DNA of 61,520 nt, filler included, from Rhabdomonas costata (lineage: Eukaryota): the NCBI GenBank assembly GCA_019059605.1. It is 24 parts of 24 records of this genome, joined end to end, with 100 filler letters (N's around TTAATTAATTAA, not from the genome) between each part and the next. Parts side by side here need not be neighbours in the genome. Positions count along the whole stretch, not along the records: positions 10,287 to 12,757 come from JAHMHO010003265.1; positions 12,858 to 15,323 come from JAHMHO010003266.1; positions 15,424 to 17,893 come from JAHMHO010003267.1; positions 17,994 to 20,463 come from JAHMHO010003268.1; positions 20,564 to 23,033 come from JAHMHO010003269.1; positions 23,134 to 25,602 come from JAHMHO010003270.1; 18 more parts are not named here. One strand, given 5' to 3'. The translations under genes were made by a program, and so were the position numbers. Under the pieces are notes generated by a model, which was given only the letters and a program-made list of their open reading frames with translations, was not told the origin of the DNA and did no database searches. Positions within the stretch are counted from its first letter, which is position 1. Each line of letters opens with the position of its first letter. Shown here in pieces: positions 12,543 to 24,266 of the stretch.

Positions 12543-12757
12543 GTATGGGACCCTTCGCTGCATCTTTTTCCAGCCCGCTGTTTGTATTTTCGGTTGTGGC
12601 AGGGGCAAGAACCGCTTCGTCCCGCTTTTGTTTTCCGGTTTTATTTTTCGCTGTCAGCTCTGCCGAAGATCAGGCTCCATTGCCCTCTTCTGCGGCGCCA
12701 TGCGCGGAGCCCGTGGCGAACGGCGGTGCCGTGGAAACCGGGGCAGCTGCGATTGCT
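12277..12757 (+). repeat. 127-bp direct repeat duplicating an acceptor site plus the start of an MFS exon
   Basis: 12277-12403 is identical to 12631-12757 (period 354). The second copy runs into the contig end. Confidence 0.93.
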
Positions 12758-12978
12758 NNNNNNNNNNNNNNNNNNNNNNNNNNNNNNNNNNNNNNNNNNN
12801 NTTAATTAATTAANNNNNNNNNNNNNNNNNNNNNNNNNNNNNNNNNNNNNNNNNNNNTTGTGGTTGTTCAAAAGACGGAAAAGGAAACTCACACTGACAC
12901 ACGTGAAGGAGAGCGATGATGAAAAAGAAGAGCTGCCCGTTTTCCACTTTTTTGTACGGCTGGTTCTCGCGGCAAAAG

Positions 12979-13095
12979 GTGTTGTCCACGGTGCTGCTGA
13001 ACTGCCTGGTGGACCAGCACCTGCTGGACCGCGCCGCGCGGAAGCTTCTGGAGGAGCTCCGGCGCCGGCGCCACCTTTACCTCACCGAGAGATAG
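12979..13095 (+). CDS. Terminal exon of a hypothetical protein
   Basis: AAAAG acceptor, CTG-rich frame VLSTVLLNCLVDQHLLDRAARKLLEELRRRRHLYLTER, then TAG. Confidence 0.55.
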   Translation: MLSTVLLNCLVDQHLLDRAARKLLEELRRRRHLYLTER

Positions 13096-14758
13096 GACAC
13101 CGGGGTGGGCCGCCTACACTATCGATCGAGGAGGCCCTTTCCTCCTTCTCAAGCTTGCAACACGCTTGGGGGTGGTGGTTGTGCATGAATACTGACATTG
13201 TTGCGAACGGATAAGCCTGGAATCCGCCTGTGTCCGTGCCTGGACTCTTTGTTTCCCGGCCAGGGAGAGCAGGGCTTCTCAGCCATCTCTATCAGTTGAT
13301 TGTCTTGGGACTGGGAAGTTGGAATGAACTTCCAGTTCTATTTCATTTCCATCGGTGTCCGGTTAATTACACTTGCAGACCAGGAGATGGGATTGACGGC
13401 TGTTGCGTTTTTCGGGTCCGGTCTATGAGGGGGGGAGCGTTGAATGCAGTTTTACGGTACTTTGACGGCGTTATACGACAAAGGACGAAACTAAACTTTC
13501 GCTGGACAGGTCCAACTAGACACTATTGTCGATGCTTCGGTATCGCCACGTAATATTGAAATCTGCAGCTGCGCGGCGGCTGGCCTCGCCACCAAACTTA
13601 TCCTATCCGAATAATCCTACCACTAATGCTCGACAAATACCACAAAAATCCCACCACAAAGTTCCTACCACAAATACTACGACAAAAGAATGGCAAAAAA
13701 CCGTTTTTCATATACCACCCGATGACTGTATAAGGCCGTTATACCGCATACACCGTCGCGCATACAACCCCCCCCGAAAAAAAAGACCGGACCGCGTTTT
13801 TCTGTGCGAAAGGGCTGCTACTGCTGTGCCCTCGCTTGTTCCTTCTCAGGCGCTGAATGAACGAATGAATTTTTGTGTTGAATGAATGAATGGAAGGAAG
13901 GAATAAAGCAATTCAGGTGGTGAGTGGGTGGAGAGGTGATTAGAAGGGGGTGAGTTGGACTTTCTGCTTTTACAGCTGTTGTAACTGTGCATTGGATTGC
14001 CTCTGAGGAGAGGTTACCGTACCGGGGCTATCGCTGTGTGCGTGGGTGGTGAGAATGCGGGTACCCCCGGGGCTGCTCTTTGTTCCCGCTGCGCTTGGGC
14101 TGCTTGGGTTCTCCGTTTGGTACGTGATGGAGTACGAGCGGACGAACAAAGAGGTGCCGCTGGGTTGGGGTGATGGATTTGGGTAATCTGATGGATGATC
14201 TGCCATCCTTACCTTGTCTCGCCCAGGTGCCACGAGATTGTTTCCATCATCGGAAGTTCACAACTGATCACCCGGCACCTCCCTATGAATGTTTGTTTGG
14301 GGCATCCGCCCACCCTGCCGCCCGGCTTCCAGAAAAAGACAACAATTGCACACTTGGACATTGGGTGGACTGCAATCTGCGGACTGTGTGCGGTGCCAGT
14401 AGGCGGTTGGCAGTGGCGGTGTCCAGCTGAGTTGAGCTGCTATATTTGCGCATATTTTCTCACCGATTGTGTGCGTGGTGCTGAAGAAGTGAAGAAGTGG
14501 ACCCACCAACTTTCACGCTGTTTCAAGCCTTGTTCCATTAATATAGTATTTGGGTTATTGGGCTTCCGATTGCTGAAAGAGTACCTTTGGCCCACCCTAT
14601 CCCACGCATTCCCCACAACGAACAACGAACGAGCCAGTTGAGGGTTCACCCAGAATGGTCCACGACAATGCTGGACGGGCTGCATACGTATGTGTGACCT
14701 TGAACAAGCCCGTTTCCTGGTTCCTTATTCTCCCTTTCCTTCTCCACCATATGCACAG

Positions 14759-14889
14759 AGGCGGCATGCTGGAATAGCCGTGGACATTGCTCGGGAGCGG
14801 TGGCGGGCTGAAGTGCTGGGGGTGAAGCTCGAGCCTGAGGTGCCGAAGAGGCAGCGGCCCGACGTGCCGCCCCCTGCAAAGATGTGGTG
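14759..14889 (+). CDS. Possible internal exon, hypothetical protein
   Basis: Pyrimidine tract plus CAG, GC-rich frame RRHAGIAVDIARERWRAEVLGVKLEPEVPKRQRPDVPPPAKMW, GTGAGA donor. Confidence 0.45.
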
Positions 14890-15146
14890 GTGAGAACTCC
14901 CACCGCAGCCACAACCCCACGATGCACACTGCGCACTGTTTGGCTGTGGCGCTGGGGCAGCCCTCAGCACTTGCTTTCTTGACGCTCCGGAACCCTGTAC
15001 TATGGGCACTCTCTGCGGGGAAACCCGAATAATGTCACTAACTGCCTTCCTGCTGTTCAGTGCTTTTTTCCGAGGAGCTTCGCGCCGTGGTTTCTGCACA
15101 GTGCACACACTAGGAGCGCCAAAAGTGGAAAAACGGAAAGAGAATA

Positions 15147-15319
15147 TGTGGTCTTGAGTACTTACTGCTCCCGTTTCCCCTCCCCCCGCCACCCTTGCCC
15201 CCTATAATTGACGAGCCAAATGCATTTGAAAAGGAGAGAAAAGTGTTGGTTTGAGTCTAGATCGGGGGCAAGGGTGGCGGGGGGAGGGGAAACGGGAGCA
15301 GTAAGTACTCAAGACCACA
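15147..15319. repeat. 56-bp perfect inverted repeat at a contig end
   Basis: 15147-15202 is the exact reverse complement of 15264-15319, with a 61-nt spacer. Confidence 0.92.
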
Positions 15320-15423
15320 CAACNNNNNNNNNNNNNNNNNNNNNNNNNNNNNNNNNNNNNNNNNNNNTTAATTAATTAANNNNNNNNNNNNNNNNNNNNN
15401 NNNNNNNNNNNNNNNNNNNNNNN

Positions 15424-16900
15424 GTTTCGGCCGTCAGTCGTGGGAGGGTTCATGTCTTGGAGCTTGTGCTGAACATTATTCATGGAGACTTCGTAGTGTT
15501 GGGAGTGAGAAGGGTAGTTCGGCTGTCGGTGTCCGAGTTCATGTCGACTGATGCCAGAACTAAAAATGGTTCTTCTCTGCGTTCTGGTGGTCAAATCAAA
15601 AAACTCAAAAAAACAAAATCTGGAAGAGAACATTTGCAAGTGCATTTTGCCAAGAGAAGTAGAAAAGGAGAGGAGCCTGGTGGGCTTCGCGTGGCCTGGC
15701 GAGGTGGATGCGGTGTCAAAGGAGTCGCAGGTTGTGATTTGGCTGGACACGTGGGGTCGTCTAGAGTGGCATTCCAGATGCCTTCAAATTTCATCTGTAT
15801 CGGCGTTCCAAAAGCCTTGGCATACCAGGTGCATTGTCATTCACTGGTTTTTTTGCATTCACTAAGGAAGTCAGAAAGTTCTTACAGAGGAACAGAGACA
15901 CACTATACATAATATTTCAAGTTTTGGTAATTTGTGGATAAACCTTGGTAGAATTTGGATATTCGGAGTCCGACTTGTCCTTCAGCATCAAGTACCTCTT
16001 CGATGTTTAGATTTCTCGATTCAGTAAGCTATGACAGTTGCGGGGCCAAACCGCCTATCGGCAGCCATAGCCATACTTCCTCGATTCCTCCACGTCGGCG
16101 CGGAGTTAGGTTCAGCTTTCGATTGACGGGAGTGAATAATAAGAAATAGAGAGGGAAAGATGGAGACAAGACTGTACAGAGTTGGTTTTTGGGCATTTAT
16201 CCCGGCGATAGCCTCGGTCGCGGCAGTGGACCCTACTCGCGACGGGATTGGTCTGAGCTTGGATTAGGCGCATCGGCGATGGAGATTCCTCGGTTTCCTC
16301 CTCGATCTCCATATACTCGGCAGCCGACTAGACCTCTTCCTGAGGATCTTCCAGTGCGTCAGCTACTTCTTTAACCAAAAGGTGATCTGTTAGGACATCG
16401 TCTGCGGCGAGGCGGAGGTCGTTATAAATCTTGTGTGTATTAGGAAATGGTCTCCGGTGCTCCAGTGCGGGTGAAGGGTATTTTATGTTGGTCGGCACGT
16501 CGAACAGTTCATAGATTGAGGTTGTAAGCTCCGACGTACAGAATCCACAACTTCCGGGATTGTACATTAGTCATCGAGTGTAGGCTGGGATACCATTGAT
16601 CATTCAATCTCCGATCCAATGGAAGGAAATGCGGAAGTCGGTCCCAGCTCAGGTCAAAGTTTGGCAAGACACGCCAAAAACACCACGGAGTTTTATGTCC
16701 CGAGTACCAGCATCTTTGGTCTGCTGCAAGCAGGACCTTGACACGCGACTACACTGGATGTATCGACCACCAATGAATCTGCTTCTGATCCAAGTCCTAC
16801 TCCGGTAGCTCAACCCGACGACGATGATTTTTGATAATCCGGAATCCACAACACTTCGGTTTCTCCTCAGGTGCCTCCCTCATCTCGAGCAAGGGTTCCT
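15424..16900 (-). mobile_element. Possible heavily decayed LTR-retroelement relic (gag zinc knuckle-like and integrase-like traces)
   Basis: Stop-riddled minus-strand frames: HCRDRGYRRDKCP (about 16190-16228) resembles a CCHC knuckle. RHLECHSRRPHVSSQITTCDS, FLVLASVDMNS and PPTTDGRN (15424-15840) loosely resemble integrase HHCC/rve motifs. No exon-intron structure in this contig. Confidence 0.3.
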
Positions 16901-18667
16901 CTGTACATACAGTCCATCGGAAAGCACGGCGTTTGAGACTGAACGGGTCGTCTTGGAACTGTTATTCAGCTTTCAGGACAGACTATCGGCACACAAACAA
17001 TTGGAGGATGTGTGGGAAATTTTTAGCTGAAGTAAGTCAGTGCTCTAGGATTGAAGTTCAGCTCATTCGGTCAAAAACCGTGGATACGTCGGTGTTGAGG
17101 TAGCTGGTCGTAGATGTGGTGGGGTTGTACCGAGAATCAAAAAGTGAACCTAAAGCTCGAGGTTTAATCGGTCTTACGCGAGAGTCTCGCGTTGTCTCTG
17201 TCGTTGTGTCATCGGCTTGAGTTCCAGTGCGTCAAGGTTGGGCATCGAATTTCCGAAGCAATTGGCAAGTCATGTCGATTCCTGGTGTCGGCGAGGTTGG
17301 GCTTCAACGATGCTTCGGAAGGCGGTTGGTACCGTCGTTCAGGTTGAGGTTGGCTACCAGCTTGTCGGCGTTGTGTCGGCTGGGTGTTCGTCAGGTTGTT
17401 CAGCTCTATGGGAAGTGGTAGCAGCTCGGATCGTTGAGGTACTGGTAGAAGAATTTGGTGGTGAGGATGAAAAGCCTTCAGGCCTTCGTTGGACCAGGTT
17501 CGGATGCTCGGTGGTAAGGAATGTGCTTCGCAGCGTGGCCTATATGTGATGTCGAAGGCTTGACTCAGCACACCCCTTAAAACTCGATCAAGAAGCTCGG
17601 AGTTGAACTCCTTGGAGTTTAGGCTTATGATGAGGGTTCAGTAGTGAGTGAGGAAGTTTTATCCGGTTGAGGCCGCTTGGACTCGAGTCGAGGCATCTTT
17701 CCAGCGGTCCACATTACGTTTATTCGAGGTGGCTCGGCCATGGTTCCATGTCGTACAGCCAACTCACCAGGTTATCGAATTGAGTCTGGACATGGTTCAG
17801 GACATTGAAGGTGTTCGATAGGTCTTGCCAGAGTGCCTGTGGGACGTGCTCTCACTCGTCATCCAGTTCTAGTCCGAGAAGTCCCACACACAANNNNNNN
17901 NNNNNNNNNNNNNNNNNNNNNNNNNNNNNNNNNNNNNTTAATTAATTAANNNNNNNNNNNNNNNNNNNNNNNNNNNNNNNNNNNNNNNNNNNNAACTGGT
18001 ACAAGACACACACACCGATGGCTGCAGCAGCACTAACGAGGTAATGATGCAATGATGGAATCGGGGGGGATACTTCCACTGATCTTTAGGAATATAAGTG
18101 CCTGAGGACGTGATGCGAAGAATATGGCCCCAGCGTGTTTGCTGGTTGTTGGATTGTGCATTTGATGCACCGTCTAGTCAAGAGACGGGGGGAGGGGGAG
18201 AGGCCGCACCACGAGGGGCATCATGCCGAGGGAAATCACAATAGCAATGCCTCGCGCAGGTTGGTTCAGTTGATGGTGATTACAGCCTTTGGTTGCGGTG
18301 CTGACAGTAACCCTAACCTTGACCTTGTATCTTCATGAACGTCACTGGTCACTGGCCGTGAACGTCAATCCGCTGCGGTAGGGGGGCGTAGTTGAGGGCC
18401 CTCAGCTTGACTTGACGGTGCTTTTTCGTAGCACCTGTGCTACTTTTGAGCAAATGTCTGCTGAGGTAGTGGCAGAGGTTGCTACCCTAACAATTGGCCC
18501 TCACACCGTGGATACTAACTTTGGCTCCGCCCCCGCATCGACACCCGTCACAGCGCCCAATATCTCTGGACTTGCGTCTGCCTGCACAGCACCTGAGCTC
18601 AGAAGTCCGCCTTCGCCCAGTGTCAATGTGGGAGCGTGCCTATGTGAATGTGTATTTGTGGTTCCAG

Positions 18668-19710
18668 ATTGGCACGGGGTTCTCTGAGGAGATGCTGGCC
18701 AAACTGTCCGAGGACCTCAAGCCACACATCATTCCTGTGCCTCGGCCCTACTACAGGAGCGGGCCCCGTTGTAGCCTTCGCTCTGCCTCTGTCAGGGGTC
18801 ACTTAGGGTCACCTTGGAAATGCAGTTTGGTTGAAGAAAGTCCCATACTGAACATTCAGAGTTCAGTAAGGTAGCAGCCACACCACAACGTAGCTCATGG
18901 GACCTGCAATGGACAACGCGATTAGCCAAAGCAAATGCCCCCCCCCCCAATTGAGTACACAGACACTTCAGGAGTGACTCGATTTCTGAATTTATTTGCT
19001 CGGTTTATTTCCAGGTTGCCAAAAAACGGCAAGCGCCGGTTATGGTGAGAGAGAGAATTCGAGTGTTCCAATGTGATATTGCCCCTGATGCTAGCGCAAA
19101 TCCTGGAGGATGTAATGCTCGATGAAACGCGGATCTGGGGTGCGCCTAGATATAGGTGCGCTTTCACTGATATAGGGGTTCTGTGTACCGGTGGCAGTCA
19201 GTTGCAATCGTTAGTAGCATCCTCGTCGATTTCCTGTATACATTGTCGCGGGGTGGATAGGTTTGCTGAGGACCACCGCCCCGACGTGTGGTTCGCGGAC
19301 CACTTTGTTTGGGAGGTCCTGGCCGCTGACTTGTCGGTATCACCGGCGCACCGTGCCGCTCTGGGAAAGGTGCCTGCCGGTTTAGGTGGGGTGGGGGTGG
19401 GGTTTGGTGTGGAGTGTACTCTGTGCCCTCTGGCGCCACCCCACCCCTTTCATCTGCCTCATCTGGCTACTTTGCGATGTAAAGTGGGCCTGGCGAATAT
19501 GCATGGCCGAAACCAGGCTCGAAGGCGCACCGTGCATTTTCTTTGAAAGCCGCTCCAAAAACCAAAAGGCACGATAGGGTTTTATTTTTGTTCAGGTGCG
19601 CTGTTTCCTTCTCTCAGGTTGACCCCGAGAAGGGCATCGCTCTACGCTTCCCGCGGTTTATTCGGGTGCGTGACGACAAGACCCCGTCGGAGGCCACGGA
19701 CGCCTCTCAG
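18668..19710 (+). CDS. LIG1: DNA ligase I, C-terminal OB-fold (partial, 3 exons)
   Basis: Exons 18668-18756, 19261-19369, 19618-19710 give [10 protein letters not shown]...[17 protein letters not shown]...[52 protein letters not shown], the LIG1/Cdc9 signature. Confidence 0.95.
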
Positions 19711-19834
19711 GCGCATCCCCCTCCCCTTTCCGCGAGTCTTCTCTTGGGGCGTTGGCTTTGTCTTCGCGTCTGACGCGTTTTCTGTGCCCACCATGTTCGA
19801 GCACTTGTAGTTCTGTCTTTTTTGTGGGAGGTGG

Positions 19835-19863
19835 TTCGGGTTCGGGTTAGGGTTAGGGTTAGG
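19835..19863 (+). repeat. Interstitial telomere-like repeat (TTCGGG)2(TTAGGG)2TTAGG
   Basis: Read directly; lies in the intron after the last LIG1 exon seen. Confidence 0.75.
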
Positions 19864-20563
19864 TTTGCCTCCTTTCTCGCCTCGCTCTCCTTTGTGTGAC
19901 CGATACCTTGACTCAGGTTGCGGAGATGTACCGCCGGCAGTTCCAGCACGGGGCTCAGGCTGCGTCCTCAAAAGACAACGACGAGTACTGACCTCTTCTC
20001 CACTGGCTGTACTTTTTGTTCCTGTCCGTTGGGACATTTCTTTCCCGACCTGCGGGCTTCTCGCTCGCTTTGAATCTTCTGTCTCTTGTGAGTTTCTACC
20101 TCCCTAGTGGGTTTGGGGTGCTGCAGGCACAGTTCCCAGCACCCATGAAGTATGTGCTTGTCAGCGCGTGCCTCCTTTTACTGACATTTTGAATGTTTGC
20201 CTTTTACCAGAGCTTTGCAGCTGAGTCATTTGTACGTGTTCTGTGCTGATCAAGGGTTTGAAGATGGCTTCTTCCTAGGCTTAGTCACAGTTTCTGATGA
20301 CGCGTCTGTCTCACTCCCGATAAAGCTTCAGCAGTGTTCTATACCAACCAACTTCATTTCCGGACCTGTCCCCGGATACAGTCGAAAACGATCACCCTTC
20401 GCGGGTGCTGGAAAATTTCACTACGTCGAAAACAACGGGACTAAACCGCCTTCCCCCCCCACANNNNNNNNNNNNNNNNNNNNNNNNNNNNNNNNNNNNN
20501 NNNNNNNTTAATTAATTAANNNNNNNNNNNNNNNNNNNNNNNNNNNNNNNNNNNNNNNNNNNN

Positions 20564-22739
20564 TGACGATTGGCGAGATGTGGGTCTCCAATGTGAAGGT
20601 TCTGCATGCGCACGTTTACACACATGCACACTTTCTCACTTCTTGCTAATTTTAATAATTTGAGTACTCATGAAAATGGGTTCCGCATCGGGGTTCGGAT
20701 TTGCGAAACAACATGCTTAGGTTCTGCTGGCTGACCACCTCACCGATGGCCTGGACAGCGCGACGACCTGCGACATCATCAAGGCGCTGAAGATCTGGTG
20801 CACCACACTGAAGACCACGGTGGTGATGACGCTGCAGCAGCCCCCGCCGGAGGTGGGGTGGGCGTGTGGTTCCGTCTGTTGTTGTGGCGACTACTTGTGT
20901 AGTTTACCAGGGAGTACCATATCTCGTATTGCTGTGGAAACGTTTATTTGGATAACTTCACGGTGTGCAAAAAAACTTTTTCAAAATGGCGAAGCCAGTG
21001 TGCGAAATTTTTTGGCAAAGTTTGAGACGCCTTTTTTGCCTTATCAGGAGTTTTAGGAGGTGGGCGGGAAGATTGTATGAATTTTCATCTTGGTTTTTCA
21101 TTTCTACCCTCCTGAAATTTCACCATTTTCCTTCCATCCTCTCTGTGAATGATCAACAAATTTTGAGATCTTCCCCCTCATCCAACGTGGTGTCTCTTTG
21201 CCGTTATCACCATTCTTCCTTCCTCTTCAGCTAACTCCTCTCCCATCCCCGCCCCCCTTCTGCTTTGCATCTTCTCCATTTGTTCTCCCGTCGACCTCTG
21301 TGTCCGCGTATAAATTTATTTGCATTTCGCCTGGACCATTGACACCCCTTTTGCGTGGGCATGTCCTGTTGTTCATCGTGTTTGTGTCAGTAAATTAATT
21401 TCCGCACCAAATCGATAGAATCAGGTTTTGAGGAAACGATACAAGGTCTCAAATCGTAAAAGCACGTTACACCGTAAACTCAGAACTGCGCACCACAACC
21501 GGGCTGAGGTCAAACCTGAACTTTGCATGCCTTCACCCAAAACCTACAGTCAATCCGCAACTCGGTTCAAGATCAGCACAAACACGGAAGCACCCGAAAA
21601 AATAGTTTCAGTCACAGCACTCTGCATCGAACTGCGAGCGTACTGTAACTTACGATAGTTTGTATGTGTATCTGCTGGGTTTTTTGATTTCAGTACAGCA
21701 GTAAAAATTGGGTCTCTATGGTGTTTGTACCTTAGCGGTCCTCTTCCCATCCTGAAGTAATGGTTGTATTGGCGTTCCCTTTTGCTGAGTTGAATTGTGT
21801 GGAAAAGTGGGATTTAGGGTAAGGGCAACTTTGCCACCGCAAAGTTTTTCTTTAACCTCGTACCTGGACAATCACAGGTGTATCGCTGCTTCGAGAACGT
21901 GTGCGTTCTGGAGCGAGGAACAATTGCGTTTACGGGCAGTCTCGTCGACGCCTCGGACTACCTCCGAAGGGTATGCCAAAGATAGCACTTTTCAGAGGTT
22001 GTTCACGGGGGGTTTTTTTCAGGTCTCTTCCGATAAATGTGTTGCCGCAATTTGTCATAGTTAATCACACTTCCGCTCCTGGTTCGTGCTCATGAGTCAG
22101 TCTCCATCGCAGTCTCCATCACGTTTTCTTTGCCGCACTGATGTGAAGTGTAGTAGAGATGATAATATACTGCATACCTCAGTCTCTTTTTGCAAAAGGC
22201 CTCACTGCAGGCAGGACTTATCATAGATGGGTGGCAGTGTCAAAATATGCATTGCCGATGAGCGCTAAACACCGCTAAATGATCAAAATCTACCCCACAT
22301 GCAGACACAAAAACATGTTGTTGTTGACACAAAAACTATGACTTCTTAGCAGGCAACAGGGGACATGGTGCAGTGGTGGTCTTTTGCCGGACTTCGGCGG
22401 CCCCTGCGACACCAGAGGAATAGTTCGAGTCCTTGGGATAAATGTGGTTCAGGTCTTTTTTTAGGGTTGGGGTTTGTCGTATGGCTTAGCTTGGCCACGA
22501 CCGGCCCTGCGAGGGTGAGCCGCCCTCGCCCTCTCCGCGGCAAACCGTCACCCGAACCCCCCGGAGGCCGGTGCCGCCCACGCAGCTGCCCATGAACGAG
22601 GTGCTGCGTCAACTCAGCAGCACCCGTCTGGCCCGGCCGTGGTACATCCACCTGTACCTGTGCGTGCGGCGGCAGCTGTGGCTGGAGCACACCAATGTCG
22701 GGCTGATGGCTGGGAGGATGATCATCAACGTGGCCACAG
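20564..22739 (+). CDS. Full-size ABCG/PDR-type transporter, end of NBD1 to start of TMD1 (partial)
   Basis: Exons <20564-20598, 20721-20852, 21878-21970, 22490-22739: TIGEMWVSNVKVLLADHLTDGLDSATTCDIIKAL...VVMTLQQPPPEVYRCFENVCVLERGTIAFTG...LGHDRP...WYIHLYLCVRRQ...GRMIINVATG. Confidence 0.88.
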
Positions 22740-24266
22740 GTGCACTCTACTCTGCTTTGCCTCTTCTTTGCCTCTGCTTTTGCCTTTAAAGCAGTACTGA
22801 CGATGGCCATACCCACGTACCCGCTCTGTGAGAGCTTGTTTTTTTATACGAAAAGTCAACGCATTGGGGGCTGCACTGAAGCGGACAATGCGGAGTTGCA
22901 ATCCACATTGGTTCTGTTCAGAGAAGGGTGGGCACACTGAGAATCACCGTTGCGTACTATAGTGAGTCAATACAATACCTGTCCCCACCACTACCACCAC
23001 CACCACACACCAAAACCCAAACACACCCACCACNNNNNNNNNNNNNNNNNNNNNNNNNNNNNNNNNNNNNNNNNNNNTTAATTAATTAANNNNNNNNNNN
23101 NNNNNNNNNNNNNNNNNNNNNNNNNNNNNNNNNTTTTTTGGGTCAGGGAAAGTGTTTTTTTGGTCCTGGACTCCTGACCAAAGGAGATGCAGACACGATC
23201 TATAGTGGACATTTGGAATGCGGTACGGGGGTTGGAGTTGGCGGTTGTATGGATGGACGGAGGGAGTCGTTTTTAATTCATGGGTGCTTTGCGGTCTGTG
23301 TGTGAAAGAGGGGTGATATGGGGTGATGATCTTTAGCCGTCCACCTGCCTTTGGCGAAGCGCGTTGTCCTACGGTGGTTGGTTGAGTGGGAAGGGACCGC
23401 GTGCTTGTTTGGTTTTGGGTGTTTGGTTTATATCGCTATGTCACGGGTCCTGTCGCAGCCTCGCTGCATCACTGCCTCACTGCCGCTGTTACGGAATACC
23501 CGATGACGTGGTGTGCCTGCTGGGACGGCAGCAGATACTTCTTGGGTCTTCTCGGCGTTGGTAAGGGTGACGTTGAGGAAGAAGGTGGGATAGTCAGTTG
23601 GTTCTTCCTTGGATGCCGAACGTTATTCCTTGGGAAAAGGTCGAAGTCGGCGTTGTCCAGGTATCCGGCTCTTGGATCAGCCCTCGTTGGCCCTTCGATT
23701 TTGCGAGGAAATTGTTAGGTGTACCATCTATTGTCGGTAGCAGGCCACTCATGGATCGAGCTACAAACCAACACCCACCCTTGCTTCCGGTTTGGGTGAC
23801 TGGGACGGTGTATATGTTGCTTCCCTCCATTGGTGCACACGGGGGAATGGAAGCAATTCGGGTGTGACCCTATTCGAGCCCCTGGTAAGAAAAGCGCCCG
23901 GGGAACTCGTGTCGCCCGGGGACCCCCTGAAATTTTTTTATCGAAATCCTAGGAGTCATGTGCATCGCCCTCTGACCTGACTCGGACGGCGGTGCCGGGA
24001 AATGTGTTTGAACCTGCTTCGCTTGCTCGGAAGGAGGGGAAGTGCATTCTCGGTTAGCTTCATTGTGGTTTTCAGCCTCCATCTTCTCCCGAGAGAGCAG
24101 TAGTATGTTTGTGCCTGTGCTCACCCTTTGGCTTACAGGTGATCCCCGTCTCTCTTGAATTATTTTGTGACAGTTCGAATCCTCCAATCCATCGGCACCT
24201 CCGCACCTTGTGCCCCCACCCACCTAGTTTTCTCCCCACTGTCGTGCGCCGCCTTCCTTTGAAGCA

